Below, piece by piece: positions 1 through 15,907 of a DNA stretch of 64,000 bases. Position numbers and translations under genes: made by a program. The stretch is from the NCBI RefSeq assembly GCF_009914755.1, contig NC_060936.1, one strand, 5' to 3'. Origin of the DNA: the human T2T-CHM13v2.0 reference genome, Homo sapiens. The notes beneath the pieces were generated by a model. It worked only from the letters and a program-made list of their open reading frames with translations. It ran no database searches and was not told the DNA's origin. The first letter of the stretch is position 1, and each line of letters begins with the position of its first letter.

Positions 1-1100
1 ATCAAAACGTTTTTGAAAGGCTATTTCTATTTCTTATAAATCGTATCCCTCTTTGTTTGTGAAATGCAATGATGCCCCCTCTGCATTTCCTTCTTTCTTC
101 CCTCCCTTCTTCCCAGTGCGGGGCTGGAGGGCAGGATTTGACCAGAAGCAAACTGGATCTCCATGGGAACTGCGGGGGACAAATGGTCTCTTTCACAAGC
201 AGCTCTGCTGTTTTCTTGAAAGATGTGTCATGGCCCCCTGTGAAGCAGTCATAAGCCTAGAGCCTGGCACAGAGCTGGAATCCAAATGCTGGCGTTCACA
301 GGAGGGACAGGCAAGACCCCTCCTAGGGAAGACTGTCACGTCAATTTCTCACTGTTCATTGGGCGATTCTAACCAACGGATGAAAATTTGCTCCGATCAG
401 CTTCGATCTCTCATTTCTCCTATTTTTTCTTGTTCCATGCCAGCTAACTTTACAATAATCTGTCTGACTAGGGCCCAGTCTTTCCTTCCAGAGTGCACAT
501 GGAACATTTTAAAAACCTGGCTCCTAATATCCAATTGAGGAAACATTAAACAAGCACAAACTTTGAGCCAGGTGCTAAATTACACAACCCATTTCCCCTG
601 AACAGCAATCTCTTAAGAGGTGTATATTGTTACACCCATGTAATATGTGAAAAGTACTGAACATCTAGCTTTTGTTGGCTTACTTTTGTTAATAAAATAG
701 TGGATATCAGTTTATATATGGCTATGGAATCACAATATTGACAATGAGAATAGGAATAATAATTATTTCCCTTTACCATGTGAGATAAACTGTGTGAAAT
801 GTTTTACATATATTTTAACCCTTATTAGATTCTGTTGGAGATAACTTATCTGTTTGTTTACTCTCACTGCAGATCTAATACATTCATTTTGCTCATTCAT
901 TCTTCAGAAAACAGAAGTGATAAATCCTCATTGATGTGGCCCCATTGTGTAGTCATGTGTAATCATGTGATATATAATTCTAAGTCTTCTATGTGCATGG
1001 CTTTAAAACCTCAATTCAAGTTTCAGACTGCAATCAAGTTTAAGACTTGAAGTTTAAGACTCTTTTTAACTGTTACTTTTCCCCCCAGTATTTTCTTTTG

Positions 1101-1740
<640 letters not shown>

Positions 1741-1844
1741 CCCATTTTTAAGTCAAGAAGACTGGGGTCCAGTAACAAGCTCAGTCATTCAGATAGTGAT
1801 GGGCAGAATTGGGACAATTCATCCCTGCATGCCCACAAGAAGAC

Positions 1845-1945
1845 ACTGTGTTCCTCCTCTGTGCCAAGGGCTATGCTAGGCACTGGAGGTATAATAATTA
1901 AATAAGACAAGAATTCTTTCTTTAAAGATCTTGCAGTCTAGCAAG
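1845..1945 (-). mobile_element. L2 fragment
   Basis: gtgccaagggctatgctaggcactggagg...aataagaca...gatcttgcagtctag. Confidence 0.6.
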
Positions 1946-2124
1946 AAATTTACTGTCCAAGAATGTAAACCCATCTCTTGTGGCTTCAAGCATGAACATC
2001 TCTCTACTCATCCTACTGCGCCCAAATTGCCTCTTATAAATGAGCCCAGCTGGATTTGAACCAGATTTGGGGAGCTTATATTGTCAAGAACCGCTCTCTC
2101 TGCAGAGGTCCCTACTGAGATCTA

Positions 2125-2690
2125 CTCAAGCAACAAGTATTTACTGAGCATTTACCATGTGTGCCAAGCACTGTGCTGGCGCTAGAGGTTTAAACAGTGA
2201 ACCGTCCAGAAATGAGATGGCCCTGCCTTCAAAGAGTTTAAAGTCTGGTCAGGAAGACAGGCAGGTAAATAGACAAATAAAACATAGTAGTATGTAATAT
2301 GGTGTGACAGAAAAGGGCAGAAGGTGGCACTTCAGATTTGAGGGGAGTCAGGGAAGGCTTCCCGGAGGGAAGTGGTGGCTGAGCTGAGCTTGAAAGATAA
2401 ATGAGAGCCAGCAGAGGTGTGCAAGAAAGATCCAGGCAGTAGCAATGGGGTGCAAAGACATGTCAATGAGTGGGCACATGACCTGCCACGGGGATTGATG
2501 GCTCGGAGAAGCTGCAGCTCTGGGCATGAAGAGGGGAGAGATGCGAGGGGACAGAGGAGTAAGCAAACATGGCGCGCGGTCTCGTCATGAAGTTGGATTT
2601 CGCCGAGAGCAAGGGGGAGCTAATGAAGGATTTTAAACAGGGAGGGGAATGCTGGCTAAGCATTTTGAAAAGACACCCTCTGGCAGCAGA
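2125..2690 (-). mobile_element. L2 3' region
   Basis: caacaagtatttactgagca...gtgccaagcactgtgct...ccctgccttcaaagagttta...gaaggcttccc...gaaggattttaaacaggga. Confidence 0.85.
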
Positions 2691-2855
2691 AACTTGCAAT
2701 TAAAGGGCAGCAAAGTTCCCCTCTCATTATCTTCCCTACTCTCTGTACCTGCTTTCCTTTTCCAGGTCACTGCATTAAGTGTTCCTGAAGGCTTCTCGCA
2801 AAAAAAAAAAAAAAAATCACGAAACCGAATCCTTGCCCCCTTTGCAGCAGGGCTT

Positions 2856-3100
2856 GGTTCACTGCATACCCCAACTGAGCATTCTGGTCTCATGTGAGTT
2901 CCCCTGTGGTCTCTTGTTTGAGCCAATGCTTCTAGAAATGACTCCGTACGCTCCAAGTGCAGGATATCAAAACAAAAAGTGCAGGTTCACTGCATACCAA
3001 CTGAGCATTCTGGTCTCATGTGAGTTCCCCTGTGGTCTCTTGTTTGAGCCAGTGCTTCTAGAAATGCCTCCGTATGCTCCAAGTACAGGATATCAAAACA
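2856..3100. repeat. Tandem duplication of ~118 bp (2856-2974 and 2984-3100) with 9-bp spacer
   Basis: Both copies read ggttcactgcatacc...caggatatcaaaaca; they differ by 4 substitutions and one 2-bp indel. Confidence 0.97.
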
Positions 3101-3611
3101 CCCTTTCCCTCACTGCTAACAACTCAGTGGGGTCTAGCTCTTTAGCCTATAGCTAACCACAATACAAATGAGCAAAGGGCGGTAGGAAGTATTGACATAT
3201 AAATCAGACCTCGGGTTCCAAGGACATCATGAAAAATCACCAGGAACCCCCAGCACTTTTCTCTCCATAAAAGGACACTGTAAGGGAAGCTGTAAATGTA
3301 TTACTTGCTGTACCCTCCCTCCTCTCCTCTCCCTCGCCTTCCCTGAAAAAGAAGAAAGCGACTGTAGAGTCTTCTTGGCTCTCTGAACCCAGAGGTGTTC
3401 ATCAGAACACAAAGATCCATTTGTCATCTTTCAATTCAAGAAAGGATGATGGGAGCATGTGGCAGGCTGGGGGAGGGATGAGGAAAAGCTTTGGTCCAGG
3501 TTGGAATTGAGACCAAATTCTTATACTCTGTTCTGCTTGTTTAGTTAAAGGGCAAGCAGAGTGACATGTAGCATTTATTGCCGGCCTGCTGTGTAGCCAG
3601 CCCTTTGCCCG

Positions 3612-3856
3612 TGTAAAGCGGTTAAAAGTCTGGGATCGTGAATCTGAGCGATCAGTGGGTTTGAGTAACAGATCCACACACCGTGACACTTCGAGCCGGC
3701 TGTTTACTTCTGAAGGCCTCTGTTTCCTCGTCTGTAAAATGGGGGTAATAATAGACCCTACTTTCCATAGTTGTGGCAAGGATTAAATGAGATCATGCAT
3801 GTAAAGTGTTTAGCAAAATGTCTGGCACCTGGGTGAGCCCCCAATACATGATAGCA
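3612..3856 (+). mobile_element. MIR
   Basis: Core ctgtttcctcgtctgtaaaatggggg...aggattaaatgagat...gtaaagtgtttagca. Confidence 0.9.
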
Positions 3857-4775
3857 TCATCATAATTATCATCATCATTATCACATCTAATCCCACCTCA
3901 GCCCCCAGTAGAATTATAAGCATCCCTCAGATACAACTATAATTAGACCTAAATTTTTGCTTATCATAGGTAAAAACGCATATATAGGATGATTAACTCC
4001 CATTATAATTATTGCAAAAACTGAAGTGTTTCTATTAATAGAAAAGTAAGTTCAAGATTCAAGCTGGTGATCTCTGAAATACTTGCTCATAATTATATCC
4101 TGCCAATATCCTGCCTGTTGTACAAACTCCCAAAGCTTCCAGGAACTTCGCAGCAGCTGCGACATCAGCACTCATCATTTCCCCACTTTTTAAGGTCTGG
4201 GTAAATTAGTGCAATGGTGGCTCAAACCAGCCATGGCTTACTTCACACTTTTATCTCCTCATCACCTGTGGCTGCAGCGATTTTGCAAAAAAATTGGACA
4301 TTTTTAGGTAAAATATATTTTGTTGCAAGAACATAGGAGAGCAGAATGCACAGGGCAAGAGAGAAAATCAAGATGTGCTTGGTTTTGCTGTGTTATTTGA
4401 CATTTTCACTTGGATTTTGATGTGTACAAACCCAAGTGAAAAGATCCACTAACACGGCAAAAGTCAATTGAGAAGTGCATGGCTTATTTAAGTAAAAATT
4501 ATTAAAGTGACTGTTTACATAAAAAGAAGTAGGTACAAGCATGTCTGGCCAGCCACTGCAGGCAGGAGGAAAGAGGACTCGTATAAAGGCCATGAAAACA
4601 CCACTGAAATACACTGGAAATCTTGTGCTGGTTAACTCAGGCTTCCAAACACCATGTCTTACCTTACTAGGGGAACGAACATGGGTCTCACTCCTACAGA
4701 AGTGGGCAGTAACCTCAACTGGAACATAGGAACATATAAAATGTCTTTAGTTAGTAAAGACCTACGTCTATTGTA

Positions 4776-4876
4776 AGGTGGCTAACCTAGGCCTGACCGA
4801 AGGGTTTCTAGGCACTTGGGAATCTCAGTGCTAAACCTCAGAAAGTCCCAGGCAAACTGGGATGGTTGATCACCCC
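4776..4876. mobile_element. hAT MITE, MER94-like
   Basis: aaagtcccaggcaaactgggatggttgatcaccc terminus. Confidence 0.6.
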
Positions 4877-5083
4877 CTTGTATAATAGGGATTATAATGC
4901 CTATATCACCCTATAACTATAGAGTGGATCACCCTGTAGTTCACCCTATAACCTGAAATATATATAAGGATTCACCCTATAAGTTGACTGTTTGAGTAAT
5001 GAGTCCAAGCACAGGTCAAGCAACTGCAAGTTCACATTCTAAAACTGAATAATGCACACCATAGCCCCATGGCGTAGGAATGA

Positions 5084-5595
<512 letters not shown>

Positions 5596-6020
5596 GAAAT
5601 AAACCCTATAACATGTCTTCCAAGAAGTTGGCTGATTCAGAAAATTCTGAAGGAAAAGCAGAGAACAAGAACTACAGAAAAGGCGAAAATGGGCTAAAAT
5701 TTTCCAGAACTTCGATGTTGCTTCAACCCATGGAAGCGATTTAGTGGGTCTGTTTCTTTTTATACTTTGCATTCATATAAAGTCGGGTTTTGCAACGAAA
5801 TAAATGCTGAACAACGTATTTAAAGATTCTAATTTGAAAGAATTCTCAAGTCATTATTATCGGGGCATGAACATATCTCATCACATGGAATGAATGTGTT
5901 AGCCTCACTGTGTATCAGAGAGGTTTAGAAACCTTCCTAGAGTCACACAGCGAGGGAGTGGCAGGGCCAGGACCTGAACTCAGCTCTCTCTCTGCAGTCT
6001 GTATCCTTGCTGTTGTTTCA

Positions 6021-6740
<720 letters not shown>

Positions 6741-7279
6741 GAAGTGGGTGATGTAAGACTGTGACCGCTGGCCACTGAGTTTATAATAACATCCTGTCTT
6801 CAAAGCAGAGGAGTGAGCGCTCCTTGGTCCTAGGGAAGAATAAGGCTCAAGCATCTATGAAGTACTCTGAAATCCCTTAGTTGATCAGACCCTTCGAATC
6901 TAAGGCCCTGAGAGCAGGTGACTCGGAGAATATCACAATTCCTAGTGTGTGTTCCTCACTCTGCCACCCACAGGAAGGGTGATCTTGACACCAGCATGCT
7001 CCTCCCCATGGTCCTGTCCTTGGCAAACAACTCACTCTTGGGATGATGAGAGCCTGAGTCCAAGATCGCTTTTCTAGGAGTGGGTCTGGCTGGGCACTGA
7101 GCAACGCCTCCCACCCCCATCCTATCCCTGCCTGGAGCCTCAGGTAGCAGCAGCCTGAATCATGGCAATAACTGGCCCACCCTGAAGCTGCAAAGCAGAA
7201 CCCATCTCCGCTCTCCCCCAGTCCCTGCCTGGTGCAAACAATTGCAAAATATGCTCAAGGCCTTTAACGTCCCAGTCCA

Positions 7280-7440
7280 AGCTTTTGCTCAGGCTGTTTC
7301 CTCGGCCCAGAGCACCCTGACGCTGCTTCGCCTGGCTAACTCCTCTTCCTTCAAGACTTAGCTTCAAGGTCCTCCAGCAGAGTACCCTGATGTGCATTAC
7401 TGCATCCACCCGACCTTGATGTAGCACCACAGCACTTCCA
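7280..7440 (+). mobile_element. L2 fragment
   Basis: ttgctcaggctgtttcctc...cctggctaactcctcttccttcaagacttagc. Confidence 0.6.
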
Positions 7441-7464
7441 CACTTAAGTACAAATACGAAGTAT

Positions 7465-7610
7465 CTGGGATGCTTAGTAAAATGCACGTTTCTAGGCCTT
7501 ATGCTCAGAGCCTGGTCCAGGAAATCTGCAGACGGGCTCAGGAAGTGGCAATGTTAAGCTTGCACCTTGATCCCGAGATAGGTGGGGCCAGGGCACACCT
7601 TGAGAACTGA
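7465..7610. mobile_element. MER5-like hAT MITE fragment
   Basis: ttagtaaaatgcacgtttctaggcc...aaatctgca...gggcacaccttgagaa. Confidence 0.5.
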
Positions 7611-8039
7611 CAGTGACTGTGAGCATCTCGAGGACAAGTTTTTCTTTTTCACCCTCATACCCCGAGTGGCAGCAAAGAATCCCCACATGCTCAGAGATGG
7701 CTGAACTAACCAGAACCAAAACATAATCTGAGAAGAGAAAATGGGTAGCTAAAACAAGCATAGGAGACAGTTGAAATGCTACTTATCCACTGGTGGTTTT
7801 GGAAGATGTTCCCCTCTCTTCCACACTCCAGCCCATTAAAAAAAAAAAAAAAAAGAGAAAAGAAAAAGGAAAAAGCACCTCTGTTTAAACTCTCATTTTC
7901 TAGAGCAGGTGTCACCCAAATCACGTTGTGCATTTTCCTGCAAGAAATGCAGATAGGGGTAGAGAGGTTTCCAAGGAACCAGATCTTAGCTCTGCAGAAA
8001 TTTGTGGAAGGACCCTGAGAAGGGGGAAGAATGCAGATG

Positions 8040-8330
8040 ACACATGATTGAAGGCTGGGAAATCCATCAGCATCTTACTGCAAAAGCAAACTTCTGCCAG
8101 CTGAATCCAGTTATCAGACAATATGTGAATTGTGCTGACATTCTACACTCAGAGCTAAACTCCATTCCGCTCTCATGAACCTATTAGATGAAAACGCCTC
8201 AATTTAGATAACTGCAAATTGCTTTCGGAGTCTTAATTTCCTATTAGTTCATTAATCTCTCTATTCAGAATGCCAACAAGACAGCTAATGATAATTCCGG
8301 AGGAAGTGGGCATTAAATCGGAGCAGGAGG
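8040..8330. promoter_or_regulatory. Candidate enhancer-like non-repeat element
   Basis: Unique sequence with dense TAAT/ATTA cores and ETS-like GGAAGT; motif-based inference only. Confidence 0.3.
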
Positions 8331-8399
8331 GAAGGGGGTTAGACATGAAGGAGATGTTTCTGGCTTCCTGGGTGGAGGGTACCCCAAAGTTAATTCATA

Positions 8400-8650
8400 A
8401 AGTTAGTAACAGCATTAGCTTACATTAATTAAACACTTCTAATGGACTGGGTACAAGGATGAACATGTCATTGAACAATTACCTTACCTGTTTTTTGTTG
8501 TCGTTGTCGTTGTCATTAAGCAATCTAGTAAGGTGGATATTATTATCCCCCTTCTACAAAACAACTGATACTCCAGGGAGCCACACAACCAGTTGGCAGC
8601 AGAGTCAGGGTTCAAATATAGGCGTGTCTGACCGGCAGCCTGTGTTCCTA
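8400..8650 (-). mobile_element. MIR (degraded)
   Basis: attattatccccttctacaaaa...gtcagggttcaaatataggcgtgtctgac. Confidence 0.65.
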
Positions 8651-8662
8651 TCACATGTTATC

Positions 8663-9174
<512 letters not shown>

Positions 9175-9195
9175 TAAACCACTACTTCTAATGTA

Positions 9196-9399
9196 GAGTG
9201 GTGGTTTGCAAACTGGGGTCCAAGGGCCAGCAGCCTCAGCATGGCCTGGGAACTTGATAGAAATAGACATTCCAGGAGTCTGCCCCAGAGGTATTGAACC
9301 TGAGATTCTAGGAGTGGAGCCCAGAAAACTGTTTTTTTTTTTCTTTTTAATAAACCCTCCAGGGGATTCTTGTGCACACTCAAGTTTGAGAACCATTAT
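9196..9399 (+). mobile_element. MER5A
   Basis: gccagcagcctcagcatggcctgggaacttgatagaaat...aagtttgagaaccatt. Confidence 0.85.
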
Positions 9400-9446
9400 C
9401 TAGAAAATGAAAAGTAGCTCAGGAAAGAAATTTGGAGATCACCTAG

Positions 9447-9952
9447 AGAAGTGTTTCTCAAACTTTAATGTGCAAAAGAATCACTAGGACTGTATCAGCC
9501 TGCTTTCATGCTGCCGATAAAGACATCCCTGAGACTGGGTAATTTATAAAGAAAAAGAAGTTTAACGGACTCACAGTTCCATGTGGCTGGGGAGGCCTCA
9601 TAATCATGGTGGAAACCCAAAGGCCGCGACAAGAGAGAATGAAGAAAATCAAGCGAAAGGGGTTTCCCCTCATAAAACCATCAGATCTCTTGAGACTTAT
9701 TCACTACCACAAGGACAGCATGCAGGAAATGGCCACCATGATTCAATTATCTCCTGCCGGGTCCCTCCCACAACACGTGGGAATTATGGGAGCTACAATT
9801 CAAGATGAGATTTGGGTGGGAACACAGCCATTGCATTTAAGACCATCTTAAAATGCAAATTCTGATTTGGCAGGTCTGGAGTGGGCCCCAAGAATGTGCA
9901 TTTCTAGCCAGGTGTCAGGTGACGCTGATGGTGCTGGTCCAGGGACCATGTG
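9447..9952 (-). mobile_element. MER5A, interrupted by THE1 LTR
   Basis: gtgtttctcaaactttaatgtgca...gaatcac [LTR] aaaatgcaaattctgatt...gcatttctagcc...gctggtccagggacca. Confidence 0.85.
9491..9830 (-). mobile_element. THE1B-like MaLR solo LTR
   Basis: tcatgctgccgataaagacat...gagactgggtaatttataaag...caagatgagatttgggtgggaacacagcca. Confidence 0.93.
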
Positions 9953-10149
9953 TAGAATAGCATGAGGCCAGTCCAATCCCTGTCACCCAGGGAGTTTCTG
10001 GCAGTAACAGAACTGGATTTGCTCTGGGTGAAAAAAAAAAAAAAAAAAAAATCACTCCCTCCAGGGAAGGATCAAATCCAGGCTTCGGGAAGGGCTTTCA
10101 GAGGACAGGAAATGACCCAGATCACACACTACTACTTTTGCAAAGTTCT

Positions 10150-10430
10150 CACTCAGGTATGAGACCATCCCTCACCACTTGAATTGAAACTGCAGCCCCC
10201 ATCCTGATCCTTCTCTGCTTTGTCCACCTTCTTAGCATTTTGCATCATCTTATCATATGACCTAATTTACTAATTTACTTACTGTCTGCCCAACTCCTAC
10301 CCATGCCCCAGCATAGAAACTAGGGAAGGGATTTTGTCTCTTTTATTCACTCTTGTTTCCCCAGCATCTAGAGTTGTGCATGGTGTATATATAACAGGTG
10401 CTCAATAAATATTAGTTGAATAAGTGAACA
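10150..10430 (+). mobile_element. L2 3' end
   Basis: gggattttgtctcttttattcact...caggtgctcaataaatattagttgaataagtgaa. Confidence 0.85.
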
Positions 10431-10969
10431 AACGGTTCCGCTCATTTTCTACAAGAAGCTGCCTCCCCATCCTTGGTGTCACCTCTCTGAAATGTCACCT
10501 GTCACGGCTCTTTATGTGTACACTTTCATTTTATTGACATTCAGTTTCCATAGGTGTGTCTCCTGTAAACTCCTTGACAGTGGGGTCTGTACATTTCCCA
10601 TTTCTAGCCCTCATCCAACTCTTCTATCAGCTCATAAGTGCATCCAAAATTCTGCCAATCTTTGAAAACACATATAAATAACCCTCTATCCTCACTATAA
10701 CTAATGCAAAAACTGCAGGAATTTAGTTGTAGAACACGTCTCAACTTCAACTGGTGATATTAGCAATGCATGCTCATAATTATGTACTGGAGATAGCTCT
10801 CAATTCTGTTGTAGTTTCTGCAAGCACCATGTCAAAACTCCTGAAGCATGTCAGATCTTCATGTTTTGAATTTTTGGTTTTGAATTTTGTCTCTTATATG
10901 CCAGGAGTCATTTTTGCACAAGATGGAATAGGGAAGAATGTTCTCTGATAAAACATTGCCATCTGGAGC

Positions 10970-11155
10970 ATGGACATTTAATTGACTCCTTCCAACAGCC
11001 CTGTGGTGGGCACTAATGTCACACTTGTGTTGTAGAGAGAGACACTGAGCCCTATGATGGCACACCTCTGCTTAAGCTCACACAAGAGTTTAGTAATGGA
11101 GCTGGGACCCAAACTCAGTTCTGACTGCTTCCAAAGTCTGTGTTCTTGAAGCTTA
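10970..11155 (-). mobile_element. MIR
   Basis: ccaacagccctgtg...gtaatggagctgggacccaaactcagttctgactg. Confidence 0.7.
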
Positions 11156-11612
11156 CCCCCCCACCCTATCCCTATCCTTCCCACAACCTCCTCTCCCAAC
11201 CCTTGGCAGGGCCTAAGGCTTTGCTCATGACTTTTAGAACAGAGAGCACTAGCAAAGGCTACTTCTGAGTTCTGCCTCTAGTGCTGAAAATTAAAACGGC
11301 TTGGGAAGTGTTCAGCCTCACTACCCCAGCTACATCCCTGTCATCTAATTACCTGCCTTCAAAGCCTCCACACGGCAGGTATGAGGATGTAAGAGTTGCC
11401 ATTACCCCCACGGAATGTGGTGGGACTAGATACAGATGAGTCTGTATCTTCAGACTTCAGAGCTGCTGGTGTATGGAGAAAATCAGTCAGCCTGGAGGCC
11501 AGACCTAAAGGCCCAGCCTTGTGCCTTTTGTTGTCAGAAAGACCACCTGAGAGCCTAGGTTCACAGAGGACCAAGGCAAGGAAGGTGGCCTTGAAGTACT
11601 AATGCTTGGTAA

Positions 11613-12093
<481 letters not shown>

Positions 12094-12564
12094 TGTGCTT
12101 CTCTTTATACCACTGGGGCTTAAGGCTCCCCACAACTCCAGGAGGAAAGGATGCTCAACCTTATCATTACTCAGGTGAGACTGCCAGGTGGAGGATATGG
12201 ACAGGGGTGGGGCAGAGTGGGTAGAGTGAGAGCTTGCCCTTGCCGTTCTCTCACTTCTATCTTGGGGCAGGGATGTGGGGAGGCCTGAAAGGGCCTAAAT
12301 GAGAGGCCTCTGCCTGGACTAGACAAGGAAGAGCAAGCCTAGAGCAGAAGGAGGAGTTCTCAGAATCTTTTAAACTAAATGACTTCTATAAAGCAAACAG
12401 ATGCACATTCATTTGTAACTATTACATAAAGTTGACTGTTACTATTTTATAGTATTGGACCTGAAGGGGTACGTAATACATGTTTACAGAAGGAGAGAGA
12501 GAGAGAGGGGGAGAGATTGAGGCCAGATAGCAAGGCACTGCAATTTCTTACAAAGGACTGGACT

Positions 12565-13135
12565 GAGCGAGGCACTGTGTTATGTTCTCAAGTGTGCTGA
12601 TTTATCAAATGCTCACTGCCACCCAAGGCAGGCAAGATTATTATATTAGTCTGTTTTTATGCTGCTGATAAAGACATACCCATGACAGGGTGATTTATAA
12701 AGAAAAACAGGTTTAATGGACTCACAGTTCCAAGCAGCTAGGGAGGCCTCACAATCCCGGTGGAAGGCAAAAGGCACTTCTTACATGGCAGTGGCAAGGG
12801 AGAATGAGAGAACCAAGCAAAAGGGGTTTCCCCTTATAAAACCATCAGATCCCATGAGGCTTATTCACGACCACATGGACAGTATGGAGGAAACCACCCC
12901 CACGATTCAATTATCTCCCACCAAGTCCCTCCCATAACATGTGGGAATAGTGGGAGCTGCAATTCAAGATGAGATTTGGGTGGGGACACAGCCAGACCAT
13001 ATCAATTATTATTCCTTTCACACAGATGAAAATACTAGGGACAGAAATGTGAAGTGACTTGCCCAAGGTCAGGCAGCTGCCAAGTAGCAGAGCCAGGATT
13101 TAAAACCAGCTTAGTCTGACTCCGGAGCCCACATC
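12565..13135 (-). mobile_element. MIR, split by THE1B
   Basis: aggcactgtg...[LTR]...tttcacacagatgaaaatact...gtgacttgcccaaggtca...gccaggatttaaaacc. Confidence 0.85.
12642..13004 (-). mobile_element. THE1B solo LTR
   Basis: tatattagtc...ccagaccatatca; 5-bp TSD attat at 12637-12641 and 13005-13009. Confidence 0.96.
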
Positions 13136-13289
13136 TGGCGTCTCAGTTTTCTTCTTCCTCCCTACCTTTTGCTAGCCATGACCTTGAATGGGGGTGTGGA
13201 AGAGAAAGGAAGCTTGGGGAGGCAGAGCTTGGGTGGTACGGCCTTCTCATCAAAACTCCAGACCAATATGATACTACAGAAGGTGAGCA

Positions 13290-13980
<691 letters not shown>

Positions 13981-14404
13981 CTTAGATGTTATGAAAACGA
14001 GAAGTATCACTGTGCCTCAGCACACAGCATTAGGCATTTCCAGGATCTTCCATTAGCTCTGGTTCTTATTCAGAATTGCTCTCCCTTGACCCCCTACCCA
14101 AACTTACAGGTGCATTTCAAATCTATTTCTGAAAAACAAAGCAAACAACTCTCCCAAGAGTGAAGAAATCAAACTCCCAAAGGCTGTTCAGTGCCCTGCA
14201 TGGTTCTAGCTGACATCGGGTGCTGCGAAAAGTCACTGCAGGGCACAGTCACTTACTTGCAGTTTTTACACTTGAGGCCAAAAAGCATCCCTTTCCCACA
14301 GACTGTGCACGTCTGAGACATCCAGTACTTGGTGGAAAACCTGTGGAAAAGAGACAGAAAATGTTCAAGGTTAAGGAAATGGCGACTGACCTATCTCTAG
14401 AGGG

Positions 14405-14635
14405 ATGAAGTACTTGAAGAGCAAGCACATGAACCCTGGATTCCAGTCCTGTTTCTTTCGAGCTGTGTGACTTAATCAAGTTGCTTAAACCACTGGAACC
14501 TCAGTTTCCCCATCTGTTAAGTCCAGATAATAATAGTATTGACCTCATAGGTTGCTGGAGAGATTAAACAAGGTCAGGCATGTCAAGGGCTTCGTACAGT
14601 GGCTGGTACATAGTAAGCACTCGATAAATTGGGTT
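14405..14635 (+). mobile_element. MIR
   Basis: agctgtgtgacttaatcaagttgcttaa...cctcagtttccccatctg...ggtacatagtaagcactcgataaat. Confidence 0.9.
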
Positions 14636-15907
14636 GTGACTACACTATTACCTTGAACTTTCGTAAGGGTCATTCATTTGTTCAACAAATATTGCCTGGT
14701 GGCCTACTATATGCCAAGGTCAGTTCTGGGACAGAGCAATGGATAGGGCTGGAACTGCCTGTAGAAAGCTACAAAGCAAGGTGGAGCCTCCTGGGGGACC
14801 AGCTGAACCATCTCCCATCACTTGCCGGTCATATCACCTGGGGAGTATCAAAGGGAGCCCTCCCCTCCTGAAAGAGCTGAGACCCCAAACCTTAGTGGCA
14901 GAGAAGAAACCTTGAAAGTGAAAGCCATTCAGACCATCAGCTCACCTCGCTCTCCAACCCCATCCACTTGCTGCAAACTTGAGCAGTTTGGAGGTCTCCT
15001 GTGTACAGCGATAAACCAACTGGAGCAGAGGTGCATTCGATTAACTCCCTGGGCACATCTCCCCTCGATATTGCCAGGGTGCTTTCTTCCCCAAGAGATA
15101 TGAGGCAGCAGCAGGACTGGGCCCAAGAAAAGTACTGAAGGTTGCCAGGTCACTGTTAATTTTAATTTTCAATTTGTGTCACCGTCAGCAGGAGTTATAT
15201 CTAATCTCCACTGCCTCAGAGTGTCAAAAGGGAAATCGGAAGTGATTATGTAACTTGGAGTCTGAGAATTTCGAGGGAAAGGTTGCATCCCTCTGCTGGA
15301 CCGTTTTGCCTGATTTGGGTCAGTCACTCTCCAAACAGAATAAGCCACAGCCCAAAGCCTCCAAATCTAAGCAAATAGCAACATTCTGAGCAAAGACACT
15401 TACTGCCAAGAAAACTCTCCCTCTCTGGTTTTGGATTTGTGAGTTGGTCAAGCCCCTTTCTTTCCCTTCAGCAGAGCCAGTGAGTTTAGCAGACTCTGTT
15501 TTGCAGAATTTGGCAGCTCTGGGGAATGGCGGCGAAGGAGCGTGTATTTCACTCATCAGCCAGCCACATAGGAGTGGCGGGCAGGCTTCATAAGCAGTGG
15601 GTGACAGTTTTTTCTCCTTTCCAGACCTCTCTTGTGCTTGGGATCAGCTCTGCCTCTTCCCCAGCTCTGGCTGAAGTGACTCTGATGGCAGCAGATGGGA
15701 TTTTAATTTCATTTCTTCACCAAGGCTGGGGTGAGTCCAGTTCTCTCTACCTCCTGGCATTAAGCCCAGGGAGAAACATAGGGAGAGACTGAAGAGTAGC
15801 AGGTCATCCCAAGTCTCAGCTCCTCTGGGAAGACATTCCTAAAATTAATAGGTTGTTTCCCTCCTCTGGGCATCAGCTTTTGAATCTTAGGGACTACCAG
15901 AGAGCCT

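Noticed and set aside
53-538. 161-aa ORF
   Set aside because: Non-ATG start, no recognisable domain, no supporting exon structure; consistent with a chance ORF.
2779-3156. 125-aa ORF with an internal peptide repeat
   Set aside because: The repeat is just the 118-bp DNA duplication, and the ORF starts across a poly-A run.
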